From: Chiloscyllium plagiosum
Lineage: Eukaryota
DNA: 64,000 nucleotides
Direction of reading: 5' to 3'
Assembly (NCBI RefSeq): GCF_004010195.1
Contig: NC_057718.1
Coordinates: 55,420,422 to 55,484,421 of the forward strand
Shown: positions 1-12,035 of the stretch, piece by piece
Layout of the letters: each line of letters starts with the position of its first letter
How positions within the stretch are numbered: position 1 is the stretch's first letter
Made by a program: the position numbers and the translations under genes
The notes under the pieces: generated by a model
Databases searched by the model: none
Told to the model about the DNA's origin: nothing
The model's input: the letters and a program-made list of their open reading frames with translations, nothing else

Positions 1-525
1 ACTTGCACATTCTCGCCCCCTCCCTCCTCGTGCACTCTTGCTTCCTCGTGCTCTCTTGTCCCCGCCCTCCTCGTCACCCCCTTTCTCCCTTGCTCGATCT
101 CACTCCGTCCCTCCTCGCAAGTTCTCGTCTCCGCCTTCCTTGAACGCTCTCGCTCACTTGCACACTCTCCCACACCCATGCGCACTTTTGCCCTCTCTGT
201 ACTAGCGAGCTTTCGCCTCCTCACATGCTCTCACCCCCTCCTTCCTCGTGCTCTTTCGCTTCCTCGCGCTCTCTTACCCTCTGTCCCCCACGTGCTCTCG
301 CCCCCTCTCCCTCCTGCTTCGTGCCACCCTCTCTCTCTCGCACTCTCACTTCCTCGAGCGCTCTAGTTTCCTTGTGCGCTGTCACTCCCTTGCATGTTCT
401 TGTCCCTCTCTCTCGAGCGCTCTTGCCACTCTCTCTCCCTCACACGCTTGCGCCACTTCTGGCCCTTGTGCTGTCTCTCACCCTGTCTCCCTCTCTCCCT
501 CATGCTCTGTCACCCTCCTCTCCCT
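1..525. repeat. Degenerate CT/CTCG-rich low-complexity polypyrimidine tract (intronic)
   Basis: Strongly pyrimidine-biased + strand with recurrent ctctc/ctcgt/gcactct units; the overlapping ORFs are L/S/P-rich artefacts. Confidence 0.85.
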
Positions 526-722
526 TATTTAATATTGTGCACACTGTTCTTAAATCGCATGGCACAACAGGATATTCACATTCTCAAGTACTTCAATTTT
601 GTAATCAAATGCAAAGAATTAACATTTTAAACCACTTAAGATAGCTTTCTTAAATTTCCACCATTACTTGGAAAATTGCAAAAACTGGTAAATATTGAAT
701 ATAATTTCAATTTCTCCTGTAG

Positions 723-986
723 GACGGCATGCAGCTAACTGCAGAGAAGCCAGAGACTGAGGTCGTTGTGAAGGAAAAGCTGACAGCCCTTCACCATTTG
801 TGGGAAGAACTAGAATCCACGACTCAGGCCAAAGCTCAGCGTCTGTTTGATGCCAACAAAGCAGAGCTTTTCACCCAGAGCTGTGCTGATTTAGACAAAT
901 GGCTACATAACCTGGAAGGACAGCTCCAGTCTGATGATTATGGCAAAGACCTTACCAGTGTCTCCATTCTACTCAAGAAACAACAG
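723..986 (+). CDS. SPTBN1: Beta-II spectrin coding exon (DGMQLTAEKPETE...LLKKQQ), spectrin repeats; gene continues upstream of window
   Basis: AG at 721-722, GT at 987; phase 0/0; translation matches recalled vertebrate SPTBN1 (QRLFDANKAELFTQSCADLDKW). Confidence 0.95.
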
Positions 987-2343
987 GTATTTACCCAATT
1001 TGTTCAGTTAGAAGGGAGCATGGGCCAGCTGAACCTTCAAATGTGCCTTTTGGTTTAATATTCCTCTGATCATCCATTTCAAAATGAATGATCCAGCACA
1101 ATTTTGTTGGGCATCTTGGTAATTAAGTGTATGTTGGAGCTTAGAGATTATTCTCATTACTTTAGTAACATCCTGTACTAAGTCAAATTATATATTCATT
1201 TGAAAATAGCAGCTATATAAATATGAAACCTCAGTGCAGAGAAAAGATTGAGATGGCAACTTTTGAAAATTAATTGCAGTATAATAAAGTTCCCAGCTAC
1301 AGCTTATTCTTTTCAAAATGATGTGAAATAATAGGAAGTTTACAACATCAGGAATTTTTTAAAATATCATTTTACATATCTTTGATTAATTTTTTTTGTT
1401 TAAACAGTGTTTCAGTGAAATTGTCATCAGGAAACTCCAAATACATACTATATTTCCAGAATCATCTTTTGGGTTAGGCAAAAGGGGTGGCTGCCTAAGG
1501 GCACATGCTTGGACCAAAGGCAACTGGGGGGAGGGATGAGGGTTGAGAGGGGGGCACGGGTTGACCTTCGGTTGCAGAATAGGTGGAACAGCTGGAAGCG
1601 CATGGTGGGGTCACAGAGTGCGAGTTGCCGTAGGTGTTGTATCCTGACTCTGTATGTTTCTGTATCCCATTTTACTTTTCATAAGAGTAAGCAGTAAAAA
1701 TATTGAGGAATAACATGTTTTCACTGGAAATCATAAGATTCAGACTGGGTAGTTGGGTGGCTTCTTTGGGGCACTTTGCTAATTTAGCTTTTTGTTGTGA
1801 ATCCACAGCAACTATAACTTATTAACTTAATTTAATGCCTTAAAATTAATGAACACTTCCAAGGTGCCTCACAGGAGTGTTCTCAAACAAAATGTGATGC
1901 CGTGCCACTTAAGGAAATAGCAGATAAAAGTAGTTTTTAAGGAGCATCTTAAAAGAGGAAAGAGAAGTGACAGGGGTTACGGAGATAGCTGGTGAACCTA
2001 CGGCCTTGAAACATATGGTTGCTAGTGGAGCAATTAAGATTGAGGATAAAAAGCCAGGTTTAACACAGCATAAAAGTCTTGGAGGATTCTAAGGCTGGAA
2101 GAGGATACAGAGACACGGAAAAATTCGACAAGGCAAGAATTTGAAAACAAGGTTAAGAAATTTAAAATTGATGTGACTTTCGTGTACTGATTTGCATTCT
2201 TCTGTTAACGGTCTAGTGATTTTGGATTAGTTCTGCTTTTGTTCCCACAATAACTGCAAAGCACAGGGAGGAATTCGGTATTTCAGCTCATTTGTCATTT
2301 GGTACAAGTTAGAAACCACTTTCTTACACCCCTCTCTCATTAG

Positions 2344-2568
2344 ATGTTAGAAAATCAGATTGAAGTGCGAAAGAAAGAAGTGGAGGAATTGAAGAGTCAG
2401 GCTCAGATTTTGAGCCAAGAAGGCAAAGATATTGATGAGGTGGATAGCAAGCGCACAGTTGTGGAAAAAAGATTTTTGCAGCTACTCGAACCCCTAAATG
2501 AAAGGAAACACTACTTGTTGGCATCTAAAGAAATACATCAATTCAACAGAGATCTGGAGGATGAAATT
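2344..2568 (+). CDS. SPTBN1: Beta-II spectrin exon (MLENQIEVRKKE...FNRDLEDEI)
   Basis: tag|ATG acceptor, ATT|gtaagt donor, 225 nt, phase 0/0. Confidence 0.95.
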
Positions 2569-3274
2569 GTAAGTAGAAATCTCAATGTGTGTTATTTAAA
2601 CAGAGCATGTCAACTTGAACCTTGTTTTGGTTTGAATAAAATCCATGCAGAAATTAGACACTATGTCTATATTGCTGTTGTTTTAGGTTCAATCTTTTTG
2701 TTAATTGCAACCTGTTAGATCAAAGATTACATTTCTTGACTGCAAAGTAACTGATACTTGCTTTAATGTGTTTCAAAAGTGCATATACAGTCTTGTAAAT
2801 AAACATCATTGAACCTTTAATAATGCTTGAAAGGCCATTTAATTGCTAGTAAGGATAGAATCGTCAACACTATCCCTAATGACTTATGTGAAGTACTTTT
2901 ATTTAATTTGTTCCCAATTAGAACAGGTAGAAAAATGGTAAAATTACAAATTGACACTCCAATCAGTTAATGTTCTGAATAAAAAGACACATTCTTATTG
3001 TTGTATGAAACTGAAGAATGGCTGTATAAGTGACAAGCATATAAACTTTCAAGTATCCTCTGTTCTAAGTTCTTTTTGTTCAAAAATACACTTTTAAAAT
3101 GTACAATAAACATTTATGGCAATAAATGTTTATGGCAATATGAAGCCAACTATAAAAGAAAAGTTTATTGCGTAAGATAAAATATATTTTATTAACAGAT
3201 GTACCACAAGTATTGATATGGGCAATAATAAAAAAAGAATAGCAAACATTGAGATTCATTTTTATCTTTTTTAG

Positions 3275-3364
3275 TTGTGGGCTGAAGAACGCATGCCTCT
3301 TGCAACATCCACTGACCATGGCCATAACCTCCAGACTGTACAGATGCTGATCAAGAAAAATCAG
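3275..3364 (+). CDS. SPTBN1: Beta-II spectrin exon ([30 protein letters not shown])
   Basis: Poly-T tract + tag acceptor, CAG|gtgaaa donor, 90 nt; not in the ORF track. Confidence 0.95.
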
Positions 3365-3429
3365 GTGAAAAATGGAAAATATAAATACAAATGTTTTAAA
3401 AATGAAGCATGATCATTCACTGGTAGTAG

Positions 3430-3760
3430 CTTAATAGCCCAAAATATCCATTGACTTGGACTATTGCTTTTCAGTTAGAGGTTTGTGGCTTCCAGCCTGT
3501 ATGTAGGATTTGCATAAGTAATTCACACTAATACTTCACTGCTTTACCAAAGAGGTGCTGCATTGATGTAAGTGCCTTCTTCTAAATGAGATGTTAAACC
3601 AAACTCTCATTCCTTTTACGGTTGGATCCTTTGACACCGTTTGAAGTGGATCGACTGTTATGCATTTTATTGATGCTTGTGATGACTTGCTATTTGTTAA
3701 AAAAAAAATAACAATGATGTTTCAAGAATAATTCTTGAATATTCAATACTTTGGATTATC
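3430..3760 (+). mobile_element. Old degenerate SINE (DeuSINE/SacSINE1-like)
   Basis: gaggtgctgcattg...gtgccttcttctaaatgagatgttaaacc resembles a recalled shark SINE core; highly diverged, boundaries approximate. Confidence 0.4.
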
Positions 3761-3778
3761 TTGATTATGAGAAAGTTG

Positions 3779-3912
3779 GAGAAAGTGAGAACTGCAGATG
3801 CTGGAGATCAGAGCTGAAAATTGTGTTGCTGGAAAAGCGCAGCTGGTCAGGCAGCAACCAAGGAGCAGGAGAATCGACGTTTCGGGCATAAGCCCTTCTT
3901 CAGGAATGCCAT
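3779..3912 (-). mobile_element. Short Penelope-derived element with hammerhead motif
   Basis: 14-bp TSD ttatgagaaagttg at 3765-3778 and 3913-3926; minus strand reads CTGAAGA a gggc-ttat-gccc GAAAC GTC. Confidence 0.8.
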
Positions 3913-5581
3913 TTATGAGAAAGTTGCCATTCAGTACAAGCTATTTTTTCTGTGATGTAGAAGAATGGAAAATGTAATCTAATCATGATTTGGTTTCAAA
4001 CTTACAATAATATCAGATAAATTAAACTGTGATTTTAACAGTATTGAAATATAGTGCCCATCACTTAAATGGCCACATTTTAAAATATTACACTCAATTA
4101 TAACAGTCAAAAAGACAATATACCTTTGTTACTCTGCAATATCATCAGTTTCAAAACCGCCAGTTCTGGTGACTTAAATGCTACATTTGTCTTGGACAGA
4201 AATTACTTTTTAAATACTCTGGTACATATCCTGTTGCACAGAAGAAATGTAAGTATGTAGTACATTGGCACAGTGCACTGCATGTACTAAAGGGCTTATT
4301 GAGACAAATTTCACTTTCCTTGGTCTGTATGCTTGCTTTATTGAGTGAGAGGCATCAGCCCAAATTTTGTGGCAGTAGTAATGGTGAGCATTGTCTTACT
4401 TGAAGGCTTAATTTGACAGCAGCTTATTAGTGTTCATATTTCTATTCAACGCAGCAACCCAGAAATTGCTGTTAAAAGCATCTAACTCCTCCAAGATTGC
4501 ACTGGACTCATAAATGCATGAATTAGGATAACGAGGGAGCCATACTTTTGGTTTGAATCAGGATCCTGAGAATGGGATCAAATGGCTGTTCTGAACTGGC
4601 ACTGTGTTAGGAACATTTATCCATTAGAGATTTTTCATGACTTGTCTAGTTAGAGCCCAGAGGACATGTTCACTGTCCACTTGAAGCTAACAGGCAATTA
4701 AGAGGCCTCCCAGTACACGAGATGCAGCAGCATGCCTCCTCAGATTAAGGAGGGAGTGAACACCTCCAACTTGAGGCATTGTTCAGCCACTTTACCAAAT
4801 TTTGAATATTAAAAGCAACCAGGCCAACCCTAAAGAGGAGGGAAGTTCTTACTGGAAGTTCTTAACTGGAAAATTCCAATTGACCTTTGATAAGTAGTTT
4901 TAATTAGTCTTATGCTTGGTCTTAATTGGCTTCTGTTTTGTGCAGACAAGACTGGAGGTTCTTATGGTGGTATCCCTATCTCTGAGCCAAGAAGCCTGGG
5001 TTTGGGTTCCACTTGCTCAAATATCTCTATTAACATCTCTAAATAGGTTGGTTAGAAATATCTACTTATGGGCAGGAATCTTATGTCATCTTCTATTTCT
5101 TCTCAGAAAATTAGTCCAGAAGCAAGGTGGTGCCAGTATGCTACCTGATGGCGTGACTTTATGGAAGCAAAAGTTCTTCCTTGCATATTATGCTAAAAGT
5201 TGTTGGTAACATTACAGCTAGGGCATATTAAAGAGAAAGTGAGTTTGTACCAGTGTAATACATGATGATTACAGCGAAACAGCACATCTGTGCCACAAGA
5301 AAATTATAAGTTATGAATTTTATTCTTTCTACCAATCTAAAAGAAAAGTTTGGGACAACCATGATTGTTTATAATTTTCTGTACAGTGAAGGGCAATTTT
5401 TTTTCCTTCCAGGACTCCTCTTGAGATTTTTTAGAGTGCTACTGTTTGATTTTTGAAGCTACTTTTTGACATGATGCAGTCATGCAGTAACATTTTCCTC
5501 TGTATTTGTGTTAACGTATTAGGTATATGAATGCAGAAACCAAATTAGAATTCATCAATATTCTCAATAATTGTCAACTAT

Positions 5582-5904
5582 GGGCGGCATGGTGGCACAG
5601 TGGTTAGCACTGCTGCCTCACAGCGTCAGAGACCCAGGTTCAGTTCCCGCCTCAGGCGACTGACTATGTGGAATTTGCACATTCTCCCCGTGTCTGCGTG
5701 GGTTTCCTCCGCGTGCTCCGGTTTCCTCCCACAGTCCAAAAATGTGCAGGTTAGGTGAGTTAGCCATGCTAAATTGCCCATTGTGTTAGGTGAAGGGGTA
5801 CATGTAGGGGAATGGGTCTGGGTGGGTTGCGCTTCGGCGGGTTGGTGTGGACTTGTTGGGCCGAAGGGCCTGTTTCCACGCTGTAAGTAATCTAATCTAA
5901 TCTA
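5582..5904 (+). mobile_element. tRNA-derived V-SINE (HE1-like), full length
   Basis: A box tggcacagtgg, B-box-like ggttcagttcc, V-domain-like core (ttctccccgtgtctgcgtgggtttcctcc), (TAATC)n tail; related copies at 22418 and 61081. Confidence 0.9.
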
Positions 5905-6778
5905 TTGATTAAATTTAAAGCCACAACGCACAAGGAAAGCGTTGATTTCCTACACATCACAATATTTAATTTGGTATAAGGCGATGATCATAGGTTAGCA
6001 ACAGGATTTTGGTTTTTAAGAAAATTGGCTCACAAAGTCATCATCCTAAACACAGCTTCCAGATTGATTGATGTCACAGCTAATGCATTCACATCATATA
6101 TTCACAAAGCTGGAATAATTTATTTGAGTCAGGTATTTGGAACATGAAGGGCAATGGTTTTATTGTAATTTATATTTCCTGTTTTTACTTGTTTGCAACC
6201 TGTGAAGATTTTTTTAGTCTGGTAGGAACCATCCTGCTGTTTTCCCTGATCACAAATATACTCTAGAGAGCACCATCATCGGTCACATACAGGATGCTGT
6301 ATGCTGACAAGTATTTGGCCAACCAAAAATAAGATGATCAGTGAAAGACATTCATTAACTGTTTTACATTTTGTCAGCAGTTGGTCTTTAATAATCTTGC
6401 ATATAACCTGTCACGCAGCTAAAATTACCAAACAGTATACAATGAGGCTGTCTCAGCAATAGTCCAGCAGTTGTGTCTTTCAAACCAGGCACCCCATCTA
6501 AACAGAAAGTTTATGATTAAAAATAGCAATATTTATATAGTCTTAAAATTAGATCGTGGTGAGATTGCAAACTCTTTTAAAAGAACAACTGCATTTGACA
6601 TAGTAACTCATCAGGCCAAATGGTCAAGGTGCTTCACATTCGATAAATTTGCAGTAGTTAATAGCTATCACCTATGGTAGGTAAATCATGTTCATTGGGT
6701 GCACTCATTATCACCAATGCAGATTGTATTGGTTCTCTATTATAGTGATAATGCTACATGTGTTTTTGTCCTGTCTAG

Positions 6779-7057
6779 ACTCTTCAAAAGGAAATTCAAG
6801 GCCATAAGCCACGTATTGATGATATATTCGAGAGAAGCCAAAGTACAGTAGCTGCAGATTCCCCAAGTGCTAAGGCTATTCAGCAGAGATTATCAGATCT
6901 ACGAGAACTTTGGAAATTATTGTCTGAAGAAACAGAGAAGCGGCACAATCGGCTGGTGGAGTCTCACAAAGCCCAACAGTACTATTTTGATGCTGCAGAG
7001 GCTGAAGCATGGATGAGTGAACAAGAATTGTACATGATGTCGGAAGAGAAAGCGAAG
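6779..7057 (+). CDS. SPTBN1: Beta-II spectrin exon (TLQKEIQGHKPRIDD...ELYMMSEEKAK)
   Basis: tag acceptor 6776-6778, AAG|gt donor 7058, 279 nt, phase 0/0. Confidence 0.95.
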
Positions 7058-7489
7058 GTTGAATATTGTGTATTTTATACTCTGATAGATGTGCTGAATA
7101 ACAAAAAAGCAAAGGAACTGTGTTAGTATTGGGGAAAAGAAACAGAACAATTGTTAAAGTAACATTCATTAGTAAAAGTGAATGACAGCTCTATGAAGTG
7201 AAGTTTGTGGACAAATTGTTTAATATCCATTGAGACTTTTTCCTAGAACTGCAGTTAATGATATCCCATTAAGTTATGTTTCTTTATTTTTATAGTATTT
7301 CCAAAGAAACTTACCTATAATACCCAACCCAGCCAAAGGTACTAACATATTGGTCAACATACTCAGAGCAAAATATGATTGCTGTTATTTCCCTTTTTTT
7401 TACAATTTGCACTTTTAAACATCTTTAAAAACCCTGTAACAGTGTTACTTAAATGATTAGTCACAGTGCTTGTGGTAATCTCTTTTATT

Positions 7490-8349
7490 CAAAGTTTGTG
7501 CGAAGATTTGTAGCTCGGGTGCTCGTTGTTGTGGTTCTGTTCGCCGAGCTGGAAGTTTTTGTTGCAAACGTTTCGTCCCCTGGCTAGGCAACATCATCAG
7601 TGCTTGGGAGCCTCCTGCAAAGCGCTTCTTTGATGTTTCCTCCGGAGTTTATAGTGNNNNNNNNNNNNNNNNNNNNNNNNNNNNNNNNNNNNNNNNNNNN
7701 NNNNNNNNNNNNNNNNNNNNNNNNNNNNNNNNNNNNNNNNNNNNNNNNNNNNNNNNNNNNNNNNNNNNNNNNNNNNNNNNNNNNNNNNNNNNNNNNNNNN
7801 NNNNNNNNNNNNNNNNNNNNNNNNNNNNNNNNNNNNNNNNNNNNNNNNNNNNNNNNNNNNNNNNNNNNNNNNNNNNNNNNNNNNNNNNNNNNNNNNNNNN
7901 NNNNNNNNNNNNNNNNNNNNNNNNNNNNNNNNNNNNNNNNNNNNNNNNNNNNNNNNNNNNNNNNNNNNNNNNNNNNNNNNNNNNNNNNNNNNNNNNNNNN
8001 NNNNNNNNNNNNNNNNNNNNNNNNNNNNNNNNNNNNNNNNNNNNNNNNNNNNNNNNNNNNNNNNNNNNNNNNNNNNNNNNNNNNNNNNNNNNNNNNAGCT
8101 CGTGTGCTCGTTGTTGTGGTTCTGTTCGCCGTGCTGGAAGTTTTTGTTGCAAACGTTTCGTCCCCTGGCTAGGTGACATCATCAGTGCTTGGGAGCCTCC
8201 TGCGAAGCGGCAGGGACAGACCACTATAAACACCGGAGGAAACATCAAAGAAGCGCTTCGCAGGAGGCTCCCAAGCACTGATGATGTCGCCTAGCCAGGG
8301 GACGAAACGTTTGCAACAAAACTTCCAGCTCGGCGAACAGAACCACAAC
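7490..8349 (-). mobile_element. Penelope-like element: two tandem pLTR copies on minus plus one inverted copy; centre lies in N gap
   Basis: Repeat 7510-7656 recurs at 8097-8210 and inverted at about 8222-8349; 13-bp TSD aatctcttttatt at 7477-7489 and 8350-8362. Confidence 0.8.
8275..8314 (+). ncRNA. Minimal type I hammerhead ribozyme motif
   Basis: gca CTGATGA t gtc-gcctagccagg-ggac GAAAC GTT tgc: stem I gca/tgc, stem II, palindromic ACGT stem III, GUU triplet. Confidence 0.75.
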
Positions 8350-8439
8350 AATCTCTTTTATTTAACATTTTTAAATAAAAATTTAAAAGCTTCTCAGGAA
8401 CCTGTTGAAAGAAACTTTTGATGATGTGTCACTTTGCAG

Positions 8440-8570
8440 GATGAGCCGAGTGCAGTGATGATGTTGAAAAAACATCAGATTTTGGAGCTGGCGGTGGAGG
8501 ATTATGCTGAGACTGTGCATCAGCTTTCAAAGACCAGCAGAGCTCTAGTGGCAGATGGACACCCAGAGAG
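8440..8570 (+). CDS. SPTBN1: Beta-II spectrin exon (DEPSAVMMLKKHQILE...ADGHPES)
   Basis: cag acceptor, AG|gttagt donor, 131 nt, phase 0/2. Confidence 0.95.
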
Positions 8571-8729
8571 GTTAGTTTAATCTTTGGCATTATTACATCT
8601 GTTGTATGTTATGATTGTGACAGGAGGAATACACTGGAAATAAAGTCCAAGTAAACCACCAATTGCATCATTTGTACAAATGTGTTGATTCAATCAGCTA
8701 ATGCTCTAATTGCTTTTTTCCTGTACTAC

Positions 8730-9345
8730 TATTTGGCATGCTTGCCTTCATTGGTCAGAGCATTGAGTATAGGAGTTTTGATGTCATGTTGCAGCTGTAC
8801 AGAACATTGAGGCCATTTTTATAATACTGTATGCAATTGTGATTGCCCAGCTATCAGAAGGATGATGTTAAACTTGAAAGGGTGCAGAAATGATTTAGAA
8901 GGATGTTGCCACAGTTGGAGGGTTTAAGCTATGGGGAAAAGCTGAATAGACTAGAGGTTATTTTCCTTGGAGCATCAGAAGCTGAGGGGTGACTTTAGAA
9001 AGGTTTATAAAATCATGAGGGGCTAGGATGGAGTGAATAGCCACGGTCTAGTTCCAAGGTTGGGAAGTCCAAAACTAGAAAATGTAGGTTTAAGGTGAGA
9101 GGGGAAGGATTTTAAAAGGACCTGAAGAATAACTTTTTCATATAGAGGACAGTGAGTGTATGAAACAAGCTGCCAGAGGTGTGTCCAGTTACAACGCTTA
9201 AAAGGTATTCGGATAGTTACATCAATTGGGGGGTTTAGGGGGCTGTGGGCCAAATGCTGGCATATGGGTCTAGGTTAGATTGGACTGTCTGATCGTTGTG
9301 GGCGAGTTGACTGAGCGGTCTGTTTCCGTGCTGTGTGACTCCATC
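8730..9345 (+). mobile_element. CR1/HER1-type LINE 3' fragment
   Basis: Degenerate RT C-terminus (KDDVKLERVQ...LNRL...LRGD) followed by a tail similar to the SINE 3' end. Confidence 0.8.
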
Positions 9346-10681
9346 CAAAATACAAGTGACCTTCATATGTCGTCTTTAATAACTCAAAATAATCTGTTTA
9401 TTGTAACAAAATATTATTTCTGAAAACAAATTGCAAACACTTTAATATCTAAGCTTTCATCTAGAATTACAACTGTTGGCTGAATTTTAATGATTTTAAC
9501 TAAGTGCAAGTTGTGTCAAGGTTTGGGAGAAATTCTTGCCACAAGGGCCAGCAAAATTTGTCACCACAACTTACCAAATCCACCCCGGTAGCTATGTACC
9601 CTAACCCAGTATTGTCCCTCACATTCGATTCTTTCACCATCTTACCCATGTTCCTGAACAACTCTCCGTTCATTGGATATCTACCTAAAGGCCAGCATCC
9701 CTTATGCCCATGCCATTCATAAAAGCCCATTATGCAGCTGGATAACCATTGCCTGTCCAGAGCTGTCCTGTCCTGTCCTGATATTTGTTGACATATAGAT
9801 GAGAAGAAATTATCACTGCTGCCAGATCAGGTCCTGGAGATCCTGCTGGATGGGTAAGTGCAAATGTAGAGCTTCCTCTTCCTCCTTCTCACCACCAGCC
9901 CCTCCCCAAAAAACCAGCAGTGGAAGCCACAACATCAGACCGTGTCAGCTTGGTTTGAGGTTGCCACCCTGCTTAAAATGCATGCAGCCATTGGGAGGAT
10001 TGCCTACCACTATAGGAAGATGGCAGCGTCCTTCTCCACTCTTCCAGCATATATGCTATCATCCTCTCTCTGATACCTCTCTCACTTTATCTTTGTTACT
10101 GTGTCAACATCCCACGAAGGCTAATGCTCTACAGCTCTCAATATTGCCTACAACATCTTCCTTCACATGTTGTCACTAACCTCAAACCCAATACCGCTAG
10201 CCCTCCATGTCATCTGTGTTGCCTAATCACTCACTTGAGACACCTCCCCATCTGCACTAAAGGAAAGCTGTGCCACCCATTTTCACTTTGAAGGGATGTC
10301 TTTCCTTGCAAGAGAGACTAGAACCGGAACTCACTAAGAATAAGCAATCTTGCTTTAAGATGTGAAGTTTTTTTCACTCGTCATTTGCTTGTGGAAATCT
10401 CTTCAGAAAACAGAAGAGACTGGATTATTGAATGTATTTAAGACTCTGTCAGATTTTCATAGATGAGAGAACCAAGAGTTATGAAAGGCAGACAGGAAAG
10501 AAGAGTTGAGACCACAACGAGATCAGCCATTATGTTATTGAATGGCAGAGTATGCTCAAAGAGCCAAATGGCCCATTTGTCATTCTGAATTCTATATCTT
10601 ATATTTGTAATGTTAAGACTAATTGCAGCATGAAACTAGGCAAACGTAGGTGAATGTCAAGTTAGAACCATGGTATCATAG

Positions 10682-10816
10682 GACATGCCATTCCTGAAGA
10701 AGGGCTTATGCCCGAAACGTCGATTCTCCTGCTCCTTAGATGCTGCCTGACCTGCTGCGCTTTTCCAGCAACACATTTTTCAGCTCTGATCTCCAGCATC
10801 TGCAGTCCTCACTTCT
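10682..10816 (+). mobile_element. Short Penelope-derived element with intact hammerhead core at 10694-10721
   Basis: 15-bp TSD accatggtatcatag at 10667-10681 and 10817-10831; CTGAAGA a gggc-ttat-gccc GAAAC GTC. Confidence 0.85.
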
Positions 10817-11012
10817 ACCATGGTATCATAGATTAGATAGCAAGTATGTGATTTCGATGTCTTTTCCCCATATCACTATGCAATTGCAGAAAACCATTCT
10901 CTTCTTGGGCTTATTTTGTTGGTTCTTCATTCCTTTGGGTATGGTGTGACTGACATTTACCTGTACAGGAAACCTTACTATCCATTAATTTTTAACAAAT
11001 TTTGTTTTTCAG

Positions 11013-11217
11013 TGAGCGTATCAGCATGCGCCAGTCCCAGGTGGACAAGCTTTATGCTGGCTTGAAAGATTTGGCTGAGGAGAGAAGAGGGAAACTGGAT
11101 GAGAGGTATCGCCTTTTTCAATTAAACAGGGAGGTGGATGATTTGGAGCAATGGATAGCTGAACGTGAGGTGGTCGCTGGATCGCATGAACTTGGGCAGG
11201 ATTATGAGCATGTTACG
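11013..11217 (+). CDS. SPTBN1: Beta-II spectrin exon ([18 protein letters not shown]...GQDYEHVT)
   Basis: cag acceptor, ACG|gtaaat donor, 205 nt, phase 2/0. Confidence 0.95.
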
Positions 11218-11424
11218 GTAAATATTCACCTCAAATGTATATGTAAAATATGTATTCATGCTACTTTATCTCTGGAAAATATTTCAGTCTACTACTAATT
11301 TCTTTTCATACCTCATGAAAAATATGATTGACTGAAATTTATTTAGCTGGACAGTTGGTCAAGCATTTATTATTGTAAAAATCCAGGTATTTCCATTTTG
11401 ATTCTCTAGAAGGTACATGCAGGA

Positions 11425-12035
11425 ATGACCGGAGGGTCCCAGAGAACTGGAAAATGGTTAAGGTAACACCTCTGTTCAAGAAGGGAGGGAGGCAGAAGAC
11501 AGAAAATGAAAGGCCAGTTCCCCTGACCTCAGTCGTTGGTTCGATTTTAGAGTCCATTATTAAGGATGAGACTCCGGCGTACTTGAAAGTGCGTAATAAA
11601 ATAGGGATGAGTCAGCATGGCTTCATCAAGCGGAGGACGTGCCTGACATCTGTTAGAATTCTTTGAACAGGTAACGAGCAAGTTTGCCAAAAGAGAACCA
11701 GTGGAAGTGATCTGTTTGGATTTTCAGTAGGCCTTTGGCAAGGTGCCACATCAGATAAATAAGATGAGAGCCCATGGTGTTAGGGGCAAGATATGGTTAG
11801 AGGATTGGCTGTCTGGCAGAAGGCAGGGAATAGGGAAAAGGGGATCTTTTTCAGGATGGCAGCTGGTGATTACAGGAGTTTCACTGGAGTTGGTGTTGGG
11901 ACCCACAGCTATTCACATTATACATTAATGATCTCGATGGAGAAACTGAGGGCATTGTTACTAATTTTCTGATGACACAATGATAGATGACGTGACAGGT
12001 AGCAATGAGGAAACAAGGCGACTGCAGAAGGTCTG
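11425..12035 (+). mobile_element. CR1 LINE reverse-transcriptase fragment, decayed
   Basis: VTPLFKKGGRQK..ERPVPLTSVVGSILESIIK, SQHGF motifs; stops and frameshifts. Confidence 0.85.

Noticed and set aside
178..644. Four overlapping ORFs
   Set aside because: Products of the CT-rich low-complexity tract; only L/S/P-biased sequence
5582..5655. tRNA gene-like A/B boxes
   Set aside because: Head of a SINE, continuing into core and tail; several copies in the window
7600..8278. Long ORFs containing X (also 55564-56460)
   Set aside because: Open only because they run through N gaps
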